64,000 nt of DNA, taken from Trypethelium eluteriae. Its lineage: Eukaryota. Made by a program: the position numbers and the translations under genes. Positions within the stretch are counted from its first letter, which is position 1. Each line of letters starts with the position of its first letter. The DNA lies in contig JAVECL010000008.1 in assembly GCA_051942245.1 (NCBI GenBank), positions 62,001-126,000 on the forward strand. The letters are read 5' to 3'. Below, in pieces: positions 35,401 through 45,917 of the stretch. The notes beneath the pieces are model-generated. The model was not told the origin of the DNA. It worked only from the letters and a program-made list of their open reading frames with translations, and ran no database searches.

Positions 35401-35641
35401 TGGCAAGTATCTCTGCATCCGGAGATGTATGTGTTGAGAGCTTGTCTAGGAGAAGTTTGGTAGCGTCGCGACGGACATTGCTCACTTCGTGGGCAAGATC
35501 TTCATAAATTTTTGCAAAGGCGGCATCTTCTTGAGTGTATATGCGCTGCTTTTTGTGGGCTACACTGTTGGGCTTTGACGCTGTGTCATCATACTCATCA
35601 CGGACGGCACCTTTCTTACGCTTCTTTTTGTCTTGATCCAT
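32445..35641 (-). CDS. POL5: DNA polymerase phi / Pol5 (MYBBP1A-like, ribosome biogenesis)
   Basis: LRRLVRGLCSSRKAARSGFFLA, SPERKSLG, FDHLTRTKT, LLGMVSKQSALSRKLAEQVF, acidic tract, MDDDEMMALE..L..VF, NFKNRILDLL. Three introns (35203-35144, ~34554-34507, ~33693-33640). Confidence 0.92.
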
Positions 35642-36179
35642 GGTGCTGAGAGAAGTGTTATTCTTGCAGAAATTTGGTTGTTGCTAGAATCTCTCTGATG
35701 GGATCTCGAATGGTATTTCGTTTGCGCTATCCAATATTGGTTAGTCATGGTGGAACAAGAGCTAAAAGTGGGCCCGCGCCTTAGCGTGGTAAACTGGACA
35801 GTTAGTGACTGCTGTGACGCGCGGGACGCGTGAGTGGAGCTGGACTCCAATAACACCATTATCACAGGCTTGTATGGATACCGTCCCTCACAACGCCTCA
35901 GATCTCACGAGAGGCTCGCTCCGAATATCAACTGATATCGCGACTTATGGAAAATAATTGCCTAGCAGCAGATGATCTCACCCTACCGATGTTTTCGCTT
36001 TGTGAATACTTTGATCTCTAAGCTTTAATTTGTATGACCCTATACGCTTATCGACCATCTCAGTATAGAAAGATACAATGGAGTCAATGCCTCGAAATCC
36101 TTGTGATAATCTAAAACTCCCAAGCCATGAGTATAGCCACACCGTATACTTCCCACTCTCGACATTTTCCATTCCCACA

Positions 36180-37968
36180 CTACCAGCCGTTCGGTACTCC
36201 ATTACGCTGGTTATCATCAGGATGTCGAAGGCGTCCGTCTGGGTGAAGGTCAGACGGAACATACTTAACATTGGGTGTGTCATCATCGTCAGAAGCATCG
36301 TCGTCCTCTTCGGGATAGTACGCCTCCTCAGGATAGTCATCATCAGGGGGATAATCGTCGTAATAAGGATAGTTGTTATCTGCATAGTCGTCCTCTGGAG
36401 GATACTCGTCGTCGTAATAATCATCATAATAATCATCCTCAGAAGGGGATCCGCCCTGAGGCGGTGGAGCGCGTGAACCAGCACCCTGAGGCTGTCTGTC
36501 ATAGTAGGCATCATACGGCACCTCCTGGTGGTAGTCGGCTTGGTCTTGCGCGTAGCCTTGGTCGTCGTAATACGGGTCGTTCTCTGGCACATCATTGTAC
36601 CCTTGGTCATACTGCTCTGCAGACTCCTGACTATATAGCAAATGTGTTAGCATAGATTGAAGTGAGCAGCCACGAGGGTCGAGCAAGTAGCAGCTGAATC
36701 AGGACATACTCCATGCTGTTCGGTTTGACCGCGTAATAGATATCCTGCCCCATTCCCTGCAATATTTGCAAGTTCCAAGCATTATGCAAGACCCATTGTC
36801 CTCCCTTCAAAGCCCACTGCCCTCCCTGCTTCGCATAATCAGCCGCACCCTTTCTTGGATCTCCGCCTTGAGGCATAGGCGTAGAATAAACGCCATCACG
36901 GTTTCCAGCCTTCTGTGCCTGGCGCCTAACTTCCGGAGGGACTTGCTCGGGCCTGTAGCGCGTCACGGGCGCTGGCTTCCCATTCCCGTAGTGTATTTGC
37001 CCGCTCTGGGGATTGTAGTAACCCTGACCACCTGTGCGCCTAAAGCCTTTCCCTGGGAACTGCTCTCGAGCGACAGTCTGAGGATAAGCCCGAGCCTGCC
37101 GACCCATCGCCTGAGCGTGTCCGGGATGCCGCATATCGACCTCAGCCCGGAGGGGCCCGCCTCCCTGTCTCGGCCTGTACATAGAAACCCCGCTTTGGGA
37201 ATGGATGGGCCTCGAGGTGTCGAATCGACTGCGCACCTGTGAGTGGGGGCTTGGCATCTGCTGACCCTGCCGCAGCGGGGGTGACCGTCCGTGGCCTGGT
37301 GGAGGTGGTCGTCTCATCGGAGGACGTCCAGGTGGAGGGCGTCCGGCTGGAGGGCGTCCGGCTGGAGGACGCGCAGGTGGGCGAGGACGTGCAGCAGGCA
37401 TTCGTCGTGGAACGCTTCCACCCGGGGAACGCTTCGAGACCTGTCCCTTTCTCCTTGCCGAGTTCATTCTCGGTCTGATCTTCCTTGGTGCTCCGCCTCT
37501 TGGCTGGCCCCGTCTTCCTACGCCTAGGAGTCTGCCACAAGTACCCAAAAAGTCGAAATGACTCTTTAGAGCCCCGCTACCTCCTGTCCTCTTCGATAAT
37601 CGCGACGTGTGAGTATTATTTGTACCATTGGTGTTGGCTTCGGCAAACTTAAGTGCACAATTACTGCTAGCCAGATCGCTGTTGGTGCGGCCACCCCCGT
37701 TCGCGTCTTTAGAATTCTTACTGATATCGAAAAGGCATGGAGCTATGGAACCTTGCTCGAACGCTTGTGAAGCAGCATCGTTAGGGCAGAAAAAGACCAA
37801 GCCCGGGTCAAAATGTGGAGGGCGTATTGATGCATTGGCTCGAGCATTTCCCTGCTGCGGAGGGCTTCTGCGGAATAGGTGATGCCCGTCCGACCAGGGC
37901 TCTTGTATTGTGGTTGAGTACCCGACACCGAGAAGGGAAAGAATGATAGTTACGTGAGATAGTCTCAT
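36180..37968 (-). CDS. Orphan secreted protein: Pro/Arg/Gly-rich basic part followed by an Asp/Tyr-rich acidic tail
   Basis: Signal peptide MRLSHVTIILSLLGVGYS. Intron 36709-36631 (GTATGT..GCTAAC..TAG) joins the 445-aa and 168-aa ORFs in frame (~569 aa). A further possible intron 36264-36207 would change the C-terminus (end near 36084 or 35978). Confidence 0.75.
37318..37390. repeat. 15-bp coding tandem repeat (GRPPA units)
   Basis: TGGAGGGCGTCCGGC perfect twice (37333-37362) with degenerate flanking copies; encodes RPPARPPAGRPPAGRPPPGRPP. Confidence 0.85.
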
Positions 37969-38683
37969 GACGATGATATTCGGACGGAGGGCTCAATTAG
38001 TGGAAATTTACATGGATAGAGGACCGGCTCTATGTGACGCTGAACATAGAAGATAGCTGGAAGAAAAGACGATGGTCTCAGAAAGGCGATAAGAATGATG
38101 TATAGAAATCTCTTCGAGACATGGCAGCTATTTTCGCATTGCGAGAACTAGATAATACATTTCGAATCTTACCTATCTGAAAGAACCTTTTTTCTACGTC
38201 ACCTAGATTGGACCGATGCAGTACTCAATGGCAACTGCTTATGCTTATGGCTACAACGTCGACTTGTTGTGTCTCCTCATTGGTTCAGAAGGCTTCCATG
38301 TGCTGCTTGGCTGTTGAAACAAAGCGAGGTTGGTGTTGGGCGGCTTCGACAAGAGTGCGAGAAGCTGGCTGGAGCCAACACCGGATTGGGCTAGATTACG
38401 ATAGCGAAAAGTACAACGCTGACACGTAAGGCAAACCCTCCACACCGCGGCGAATAGCTGGTCGTACTTTTGCAACATTTTACAGAAAGAAGGGTATGGC
38501 GACCGGCCGTTCACAGTAAGGTGTTGTCGTCTGTTCTGTGCCCTCATCGTCCTCGGCTATATGTTTGCGGCGATCTCTATCAGAGTCCAACCTCCTACGC
38601 AAAAACGGTCATCATCCTCGTTGCCTCAAAGCAGCTGGCCTCAAGTCCTGCGGTAACCGGACCGAAAATCTGCAGAGCCAACC

Positions 38684-39757
38684 ATGAGTCCCCTCGGCCT
38701 GCTTGATCTACCCCGAGAGATCAGGGACGAGATTTACCGCGAAATACTCTGCCCCCCTGACGGGATTCACCTCGGCGAATATGAATGGCCTCGTAGGACT
38801 GGACACTCGATGAGGCTAGCTCAGGTATCTGAACATGGTATGGAAGCGACGATGCAAAAATATAATCAGAAAGCAGACCTCCAGCGACCTCAAAAATTCC
38901 AGCCAGGTCAATATCTCAAGGGCCCTGTTTGGCATGGTTTTAAAGATGCAATGGATGACGATGACGGTAGCTCTTTGCTTGATGAGAACAACTCTGATGA
39001 GAGCTTTGAAGCAGAGCTGAATTCGATTCTGGAAGAATCAGCCCGTGCAGATGCCAAGTTCGCGCCGCATTCAAGGAAACCTAGATATGTCCAGTGCAAT
39101 GGAGACAGCTACGCTACAGTGATAAACAGCGAGGTTGTCCCCACAGCGCGACAGACAATCCTCCGAACCAACCGTCAAATCTACCAGGAAGCCAAAGAAG
39201 TCCAGTTCCGACATAATGTCTGGACATTGAATCTATTTCCTGAAGACATCGTTCACTACCTCTGGAGATGGGGTCAACTGACGATTTTTATGCAGCACCT
39301 ACGCTTCACTGATGAGCAGTTTCATGAACATGACTTTGACGCAGGTCGCCAAGCCTGGAAATTAATCTTCCGTCACTTAAGAAAGATGCACCTAAAATCC
39401 GTCACAGTCCCAGTTCCAACATCTAGAGATGACGATGCCTATAGCTTTTGGGACTATGATATGGACGAGGATTGGTTTTTCTCGGAGCCTCCCAAAGACG
39501 AGCTCTATGCCTGGGCGCCCGTTCGTGCACTTGCACGAGAGCTTCTGCTCGGGACATTCGATGCGCTGAGGCTCATCCATAGTTCTCAGTATCCTGTAGA
39601 CAAAGATCCAAGGACCATGTCTAGTGTCGACAAGCTGGGCTATGTCTTACTGAATAACTTGCCCATAGAGGCTCGGGCGGATAGCTTCAATGTGGCATAC
39701 GATCTGTGCAGACCAACTGAATATGGTGTTGTAGTCGCACTGACTAGAGTGGATTAA
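38684..39757 (+). CDS. Hypothetical protein with N-terminal F-box-like LPxEIR motif
   Basis: LLDLPREIRDEIYREIL and ILRTNRQIYQEA..F..N match the common Pezizomycotina F-box-like orphan family; 357 aa. Confidence 0.8.
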   Translation: MSPLGLLDLPREIRDEIYREILCPPDGIHLGEYEWPRRTGHSMRLAQVSEHGMEATMQKYNQKADLQRPQKFQPGQYLKGPVWHGFKDAMDDDDGSSLLDENNSDESFEAELNSILEESARADAKFAPHSRKPRYVQCNGDSYATVINSEVVPTARQTILRTNRQIYQEAKEVQFRHNVWTLNLFPEDIVHYLWRWGQLTIFMQHLRFTDEQFHEHDFDAGRQAWKLIFRHLRKMHLKSVTVPVPTSRDDDAYSFWDYDMDEDWFFSEPPKDELYAWAPVRALARELLLGTFDALRLIHSSQYPVDKDPRTMSSVDKLGYVLLNNLPIEARADSFNVAYDLCRPTEYGVVVALTRVD

Positions 39758-40878
39758 AATTCGGTGCTGACCGACTAACTTTTAAGCTCAATGTTGATGA
39801 GATAGACTACCTAGCTTCTCCGAAGAATCATACCAAGAACCTCTGAGAATGAACGATGCATACGATTGTCGTGGGCAGAGCTCTCAACCCAATGAGTGCA
39901 GCAGCAACTACCATCATTCAAAGCCAACTCAACGCGCTCGACAGTAGCATTCATCAAAAAGGTCATGATAGCATTGCACTACCATACATTGCCTCGCCTG
40001 GCCCATCCCATTTCTTTGTCCTCTTCCCACCTCCGCAACACCCTGACAGCCTACTGGTCCAAAAGACTTCACCACTGTGCCCATGTGCCCATGTGTTGGC
40101 ATCCACTTCCCACGAACACCAAGACAAGCTAGCTAACAATGCTCACTACAAATCTTCGATTGACTTCGCAGCTAGAGGTGATAAGCTAAAGTCTGTAGTC
40201 ACTTGTACAGTAGTAAACAGGTAAGCAATTACAACAGTTCAATCCCTCAAGTGATCCTTCATGCCCCTGTCCCATCCACGCCATGTGCTCTCTTCCGCTC
40301 ACTTTCATCATACTCACGGATACGCTGGTGCTCCATAAGGCATATAGGCAGACCGTTTCAGTCATCCAGTCATAGACCAAAGACGCCCATAACCCGGCAC
40401 CGGAAAAAAAAAGCAGCGACTCCATCCCTTAACGCCCTTGCCCTGAAGAACATCTCCCATTAGACGCCAGTCCAGAGCTGATAGCCAGTGTTTTTGTCGT
40501 GATGGTGCGAAGCCATGAGCGGCGTAAGCCATAATGTAACGAGCGCTAGAAGCAAATAACTATTTTTGTTGTGATCTTTCTTCTTTGTTTTGTGATTGTC
40601 GAGGCAAGGCTTGTGGGCGTAGTTTTTGCAATGTTACATTGCTGATGAAGCCCCGAAGAGTTCGATAAGATGCAGCATCCCCAAAGCACTGTCAGATCGT
40701 ACAAATCGTACAGGTCGGCTGTTGAATAAGAAGATGTGGAATAGGAGGGGAGTCCTTCTTGTCCAAGACAAAGCGTGCTGGAAAAGTAAGCCAAAGAGGT
40801 ATCCAGAGCATAATTCGTCGAATATGCTCTTTACTCTACCGAGTACCGATTCCCGATGAATCCATCTCTTGGCCTATC

Positions 40879-43800
40879 CTAAGCATCCAGCATATCAATG
40901 TCTCCCCCTCCCTCGCTTCCTAAAACGTTGTCCTCGGGTCCCCAGATGCCCTCATACACTGTGGCGCCCGCCCGCCTTCGTCTCTCAACCCACATGACAC
41001 CGCCGCAATCAAGTATTTCGTCAACGATAGGGCGTTGTCTCGGGTCAGGGCAGATCATCCACTGAACCACATTCTCCAGCGCCTGCGGATCATCTCGGTC
41101 TACCATAAAGTTCGGAGGATCAACACGGGCCTCTGATTTAGCTGGCTTAGATGCCACCGCCTTGAGAAAACCTAGATCATCCTCACCCATATCCGAACCA
41201 AGCAGTGTGTCGTTCGAGGTGTTCGCAAAGAACGGGTTTGAGATCGGCTCGCCAGACTCGTCTCGCTGCAGACTACTGTTGGAGCTGTGCGTTAAACTCG
41301 GTACATCGCTGATGTCACCGCTACGTAGTCGTTGCCAGCTGGTGCCATTGTCCGGAAGCACGCAATTTGCAGCAATCTCGAGGAGGATCATACCAAGGGC
41401 AAAGATGTCGGCGGGCTTGTCGAATTGGCCGCAGAGGACTTCCGGGCCAATATACTCTCGATCTCCTTCGCCTTCGATGTCTGAGGGAGCGGGCCAGTAA
41501 GAGGCCATACCGAAGTCACCAATCTTCAGGACACCTTCCCAGTCGATGAGAATGTTGGCGGGCTTGAGATCCAAGTGTATGAAACCATTGCTATGGATAT
41601 ATTTTAGGCCCTTTTCCAATGTCAGTGCGATATTCAGATGAACGTGTGGCTTGACTTACTTGAGAAAGCTCCAGAAGGATCTTCCAGATTCTGAAGTCAT
41701 CCAAGCGGCCTTTGAAACCCGTTTGATTGAGGAAGTCTCGGAGGTTGCCATTTTCGCAGAATTCAGTTTGCATATAGAGATGGCCCTTTGATTCCCATGA
41801 ATCGAATAAGTCAACAATATGCTCGTGTCCTCGCAATGCCTTCAAGATCTCAACTTCACGCAGCTTCCGTTCTCGATCCCTCGGGCCAATGTAAGGCTTT
41901 TTGGTCTTCTTAATAGCCCACACATTTCCCACAGGACGACTTTGGCCTTGGAGGCTTTCGACGGTAGCCTCAAGTGGGTTTTCAACTCGATAGACTTCGG
42001 AAAACTCCCCTACCCCGTAAACGGTGAATTTACCGAAACGAGACGTGATACTCGTATCAACGTCGTTCTTGTATGGTGGAGGAAGAACGCTTTGGCCAAA
42101 ACTGAAGCTGAACGGCTGGTCACGAGTCGTTGTTGGCGTCGCTGGGGGAAAGCTTGAGACTCTTCTGTTGCCGGTAGATGTCGCGAGTAGGTTTTGGCGA
42201 TCTTCAGCAGAAATGGATAGTGTACTTGGGTCAGGTGGGGTGAAACTGTGTGAGGGAGTATGAGGAGAAGATCGTCCGGTGAAAGCAGGTGGGCTTGAGC
42301 TTTCCAAGTTTAACTGGGCAGGGACCTCTGTGGGCTCAGGCGCAATGAAGGTGTCTGTTCCTAGTGATGTCCTTCTCCCGAAGAGGCTACTTCTCAAGCT
42401 ATTTGATTTGCCTTTGGACTGTGGCCTCCCAATGCCGGAGGATCCCTTTGTTGGAGTTGGTGGAAGCTCATCCGCGCTAGATTGACTATCAATCTGAGCA
42501 ACCGTGTTCTGGGAGGCTTCTTCACCTTCATTGCTCAGAAAACTCGCACGGCGCGACAGCTCAGGTCGAGCGCGCGAACCAAAAATTGACACGCCTTTTC
42601 CAAATGCCTCCGGCGATACCTTGGTGGGGTGAGGACTAAAAGGCGTCGAAGGAGTACCGAAAGAATGCCTAGGCTTTGTCAACTTCCCTAAACCGTTGGC
42701 AGGAGCTGGCGTGGCATTCAATGCCGGGAAGCTGAACTTTTTAGAGGGTGTATCAGGCATGGCAGGGTTTGCATAGAAGCCACCATCGGGTCCATCAATG
42801 TTACGGTTACGCTTAGATATGAGTCCAGTGGACATGAATGCTTGAGGTAGAGGCTTGGCACGTCTGTAGTCCGGAGTTGCAAAAGAATCACCAGAGGATG
42901 TCTCACCAGAGGGCACTCGTTGAAAAAGTGCACTGACGCCTTGCGGCCGTGTGGCCCCAATCGGGAGCGATTTGGAAAAGCTCCCTAAAGCTTTGGATTG
43001 GGCCGGTGGAACGTGAGCTACGTGAGTCGGAGAGTCGTCCGGCATGCTCGATGTCGAAGACGATGGAGTCAATGCTTTTGAGAGTGGATGTGGCCGCGAG
43101 TCAACAAGGCCCCCTCGGAGATGTGGCTGTCGGTTTGGAGAGAGAAATGAAGCAGCCTCATTAGCCTGAGGCCGCCGGAAAGGGGAGTCGTCATCATTGG
43201 CTTTGAAAGCGAGTGCACTGTCCAAAGACATTCGATTCCTGCTCTTGAACAGGTTGGGTGGCTCGACAGGCTCCGCGTCTTGAAATAATTTAGAGCGGCT
43301 AATGTTACCGCCGTATCTCTGCTGTAGGGTTGACTTTCGCAGTGAGTTGGCCTTCCTTGGAGATGCACGACTGACTTGCGGCGTTGCTGCAGAAGCGGAG
43401 AAGAAGGATTCAGAAGTATTGTCCCGCGATTGAGGCCCGCTCTCGGGATTTGTGAAACCAGCAGACTCTGCATAATCAAAGATATTGAAATCATTTCCAA
43501 AGCTTGCTCCATGCAAGCTTCTACGCTTTGCCCGTGGGCTACCAAATGTGGCCTGTTCCAAATTCATGACACCGTCACTACGCTTGAGAGGACTCGACCT
43601 GGCGGGAGGTGAGTGCCGCAATTTGGAAACGCCTTCGCCTTTGGCCTTGAGAGAATCGAAATGTATTGGTTCATCGTCCAGTTGGAATCGTGTGCCAGAC
43701 ATGGCGCGATCGCTTGGAGAAGTGTTGCCGTCAAGTCCAAAAAGTTTGTTTTCCTCTCCAGAAGCAAGTTTTGCTGGCACTTGATTTGCATTCGCTTGAT

Positions 43801-44224
43801 TCGTGTTGTCACTCAAAGCGCGTCTCATCGGACTCATTGGTGATTGTCTTCGCGAGGACAACGAAGAAGTCCTGACTGGAGCCGTTCTTCGAATCGAGAA
43901 TTTCGTCTTCCTGCTGCTCCCAGGCACCGTCGCAATAGCTGGAGTCGTGAATGGTGCGTTTGCAGGCGTCTGTGATGCGCTGGTCGGAGCGAAGCAAACC
44001 TTGGACAAGCTCGAAGGCGACAAAGGCGACTGTGGCGATGCCGGGCCGGAGCGCGTGTTGTACGCATTTGATGGGCGAATCGGTGATGGCTTGGAAGGTG
44101 AACGTGATAGTGAGCGCCGAAGCTGTCTGATACTCGGAAACTCGCCGCCGTGCATGTGTGCATGCTTTGGCGATAATAGATGCAAGCTACCGCCGGCTCG
44201 GTGTGGAGAATATTCGAGTTCCAT
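40879..44224 (-). CDS. SWE1: Wee1/Swe1/Mik1 CDK-inhibitory kinase
   Basis: Long S/P-rich N-terminus with KRRSLH and KPLPQAFMSTGLISKRNR. Kinase GVGEFSEVY, AIKK, HLDLKPANI, KIGDFGMA, EGDREYIGPE (Wee1 EGD motif). Intron ~41660-41611; ATG at 44224. Confidence 0.95.
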
Positions 44225-45917
44225 AATCACGCGATTTCCATTCAAAGCACCTAGGTGGTTTTGGTTCAGGATAAAGACACGCGCGAAGATCGAGCAAGTA
44301 AGTCAAAGACCGGAACCGTCGGACAGATGCCAATTTCCCTGGAGACGTTGGATCGATTGCGCAAATACAGGCCTCGATAACGATAAGCGGCGTGATCTTA
44401 TCGAACAGCAGTTAGAATGCTTAGGAATGCTGGTCAAGACAGCTGACGACGTCAAGTTTCTTCCAGTTCACTGACTGGCACCTTGGACATAGGCAGATAT
44501 CGTCCGCGCCATTCACAACGACAAGACAGATGGATTGTAGGGCTTCCGGATAAGAGACGGTGGAGTTAATTTTCGTAGGGCTGTTGACCGAGGTGACTGT
44601 TGTTTGTTGTTGCCTATTCGTTTAGTGGTGGACGGACAAGCCAAGGTGGCGAAAGGAATGCCGCCGAGGGTAAACAATGCGCGACCGCGTAGCTAGCTGC
44701 GGTTCTCTCCCCCAGCCCCGAATATATATCGGTTGAGATGACACGCTGGACCTGGAGAGAGTAGCGAGACAGCAGGAAGGAAGCGCCGGACGGCGAGCTT
44801 TGGAGAGGTTGAAGCGCAGGAAGGAGAAAAAGTTGGAAGGCGTCAAGGGCTGGATGGAGAAAGTGCGTTGAGGGGACGCGTGCTACGGCGCTGCGGGTCG
44901 GCCAGGGTCGGTGATGAGCCCGTGATTGGCCGATCCGCACTGGGCAGCCGCAATCAAAACAAGCTGTCAGAGAACCACCGGGCGCAAGTAATGCAGGGTC
45001 CCAAAGCCAGCAATGAGTTAGAATCAAGAACAGAGATGAAACGCACGAGCTCGATCATGGCCCTTGGAAGGGTCCCCTCAACGGTTCATGCCAAGTTCTA
45101 ATGCCCATCTACCTGAGTTCCTCTTCAGCTTCCTGTTTGCCACTTTGTTTATTTACATCCAACTACGGAGTAATTAGTAACTGGGTCATCACTGATCGCT
45201 GAGTTGTCTGCTGATTACGTGCCCTCGAGGACGATCATTCCAGTCCATACTCAAGATGGTAACTGCAAGGAAGCCCTCCATCTTCTTCATTAAACGTGGC
45301 GGGGTGATGGAAGTCCCTGAGTTTAGGAAGATGCCATGGATGGTGCCAAGGTTCCGTGCTCCCTGAGTCCCTGGACAGCTGCCCAATTGGCCATGAATAC
45401 TTATCAACGATGATGCCTGTGCAACTTCTACCGGACTACGCATGCCGCCAATGAGCCCAGGGCGTGCGGACGGTATCCATCAATGATCTGCATAGCCCTC
45501 CCTCACGCAATCTGGGGACAGACAAGCATCGGTGCATCGATGAAGAGGGAGATTGAATGATGGCCTAGCCAGTAATGGAAGCCCCCAAGATGATCAGTAT
45601 GTCGTATGACGTCCTGAGACTGCACCATTGCTGGAAGAGTGCTTCCAGCACTACAGTCCACGATCGTTGACTTTCGGCTCGCTCATCGATCGATTCTTCA
45701 TTGTTTGCACATCAACAAAGCAGAATGCGCCAGAACCGCGCCATCAGGTGACTTGCGCAGGGATAAAAGCTGGAACCCACGGAGCCATCGCGCCGACCCC
45801 AGATTTACATATCCAGGAAAGCCAGATCTCGGTACCACCACAGTGACCACTGGGTGCTGTTGTCGTTACACTACGAAACGTAACAATGCATGGTGCCTCC
45901 CCAGCCCGAGAGTCGGC

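Noticed and set aside
35978..36610. 210-aa Met/Thr/Ile-rich ORF
   Set aside because: Alternative frame of the Asp/Tyr-rich exon (GAT GAC TAT shifted by one); only its 3' end may be used after splicing.
40642..40670. CTGATGA followed by a small hairpin, hammerhead-ribozyme-like
   Set aside because: Followed by GATA rather than GAAA, lacks the G-C closing pair of stem II, and has no supporting stems I/III.
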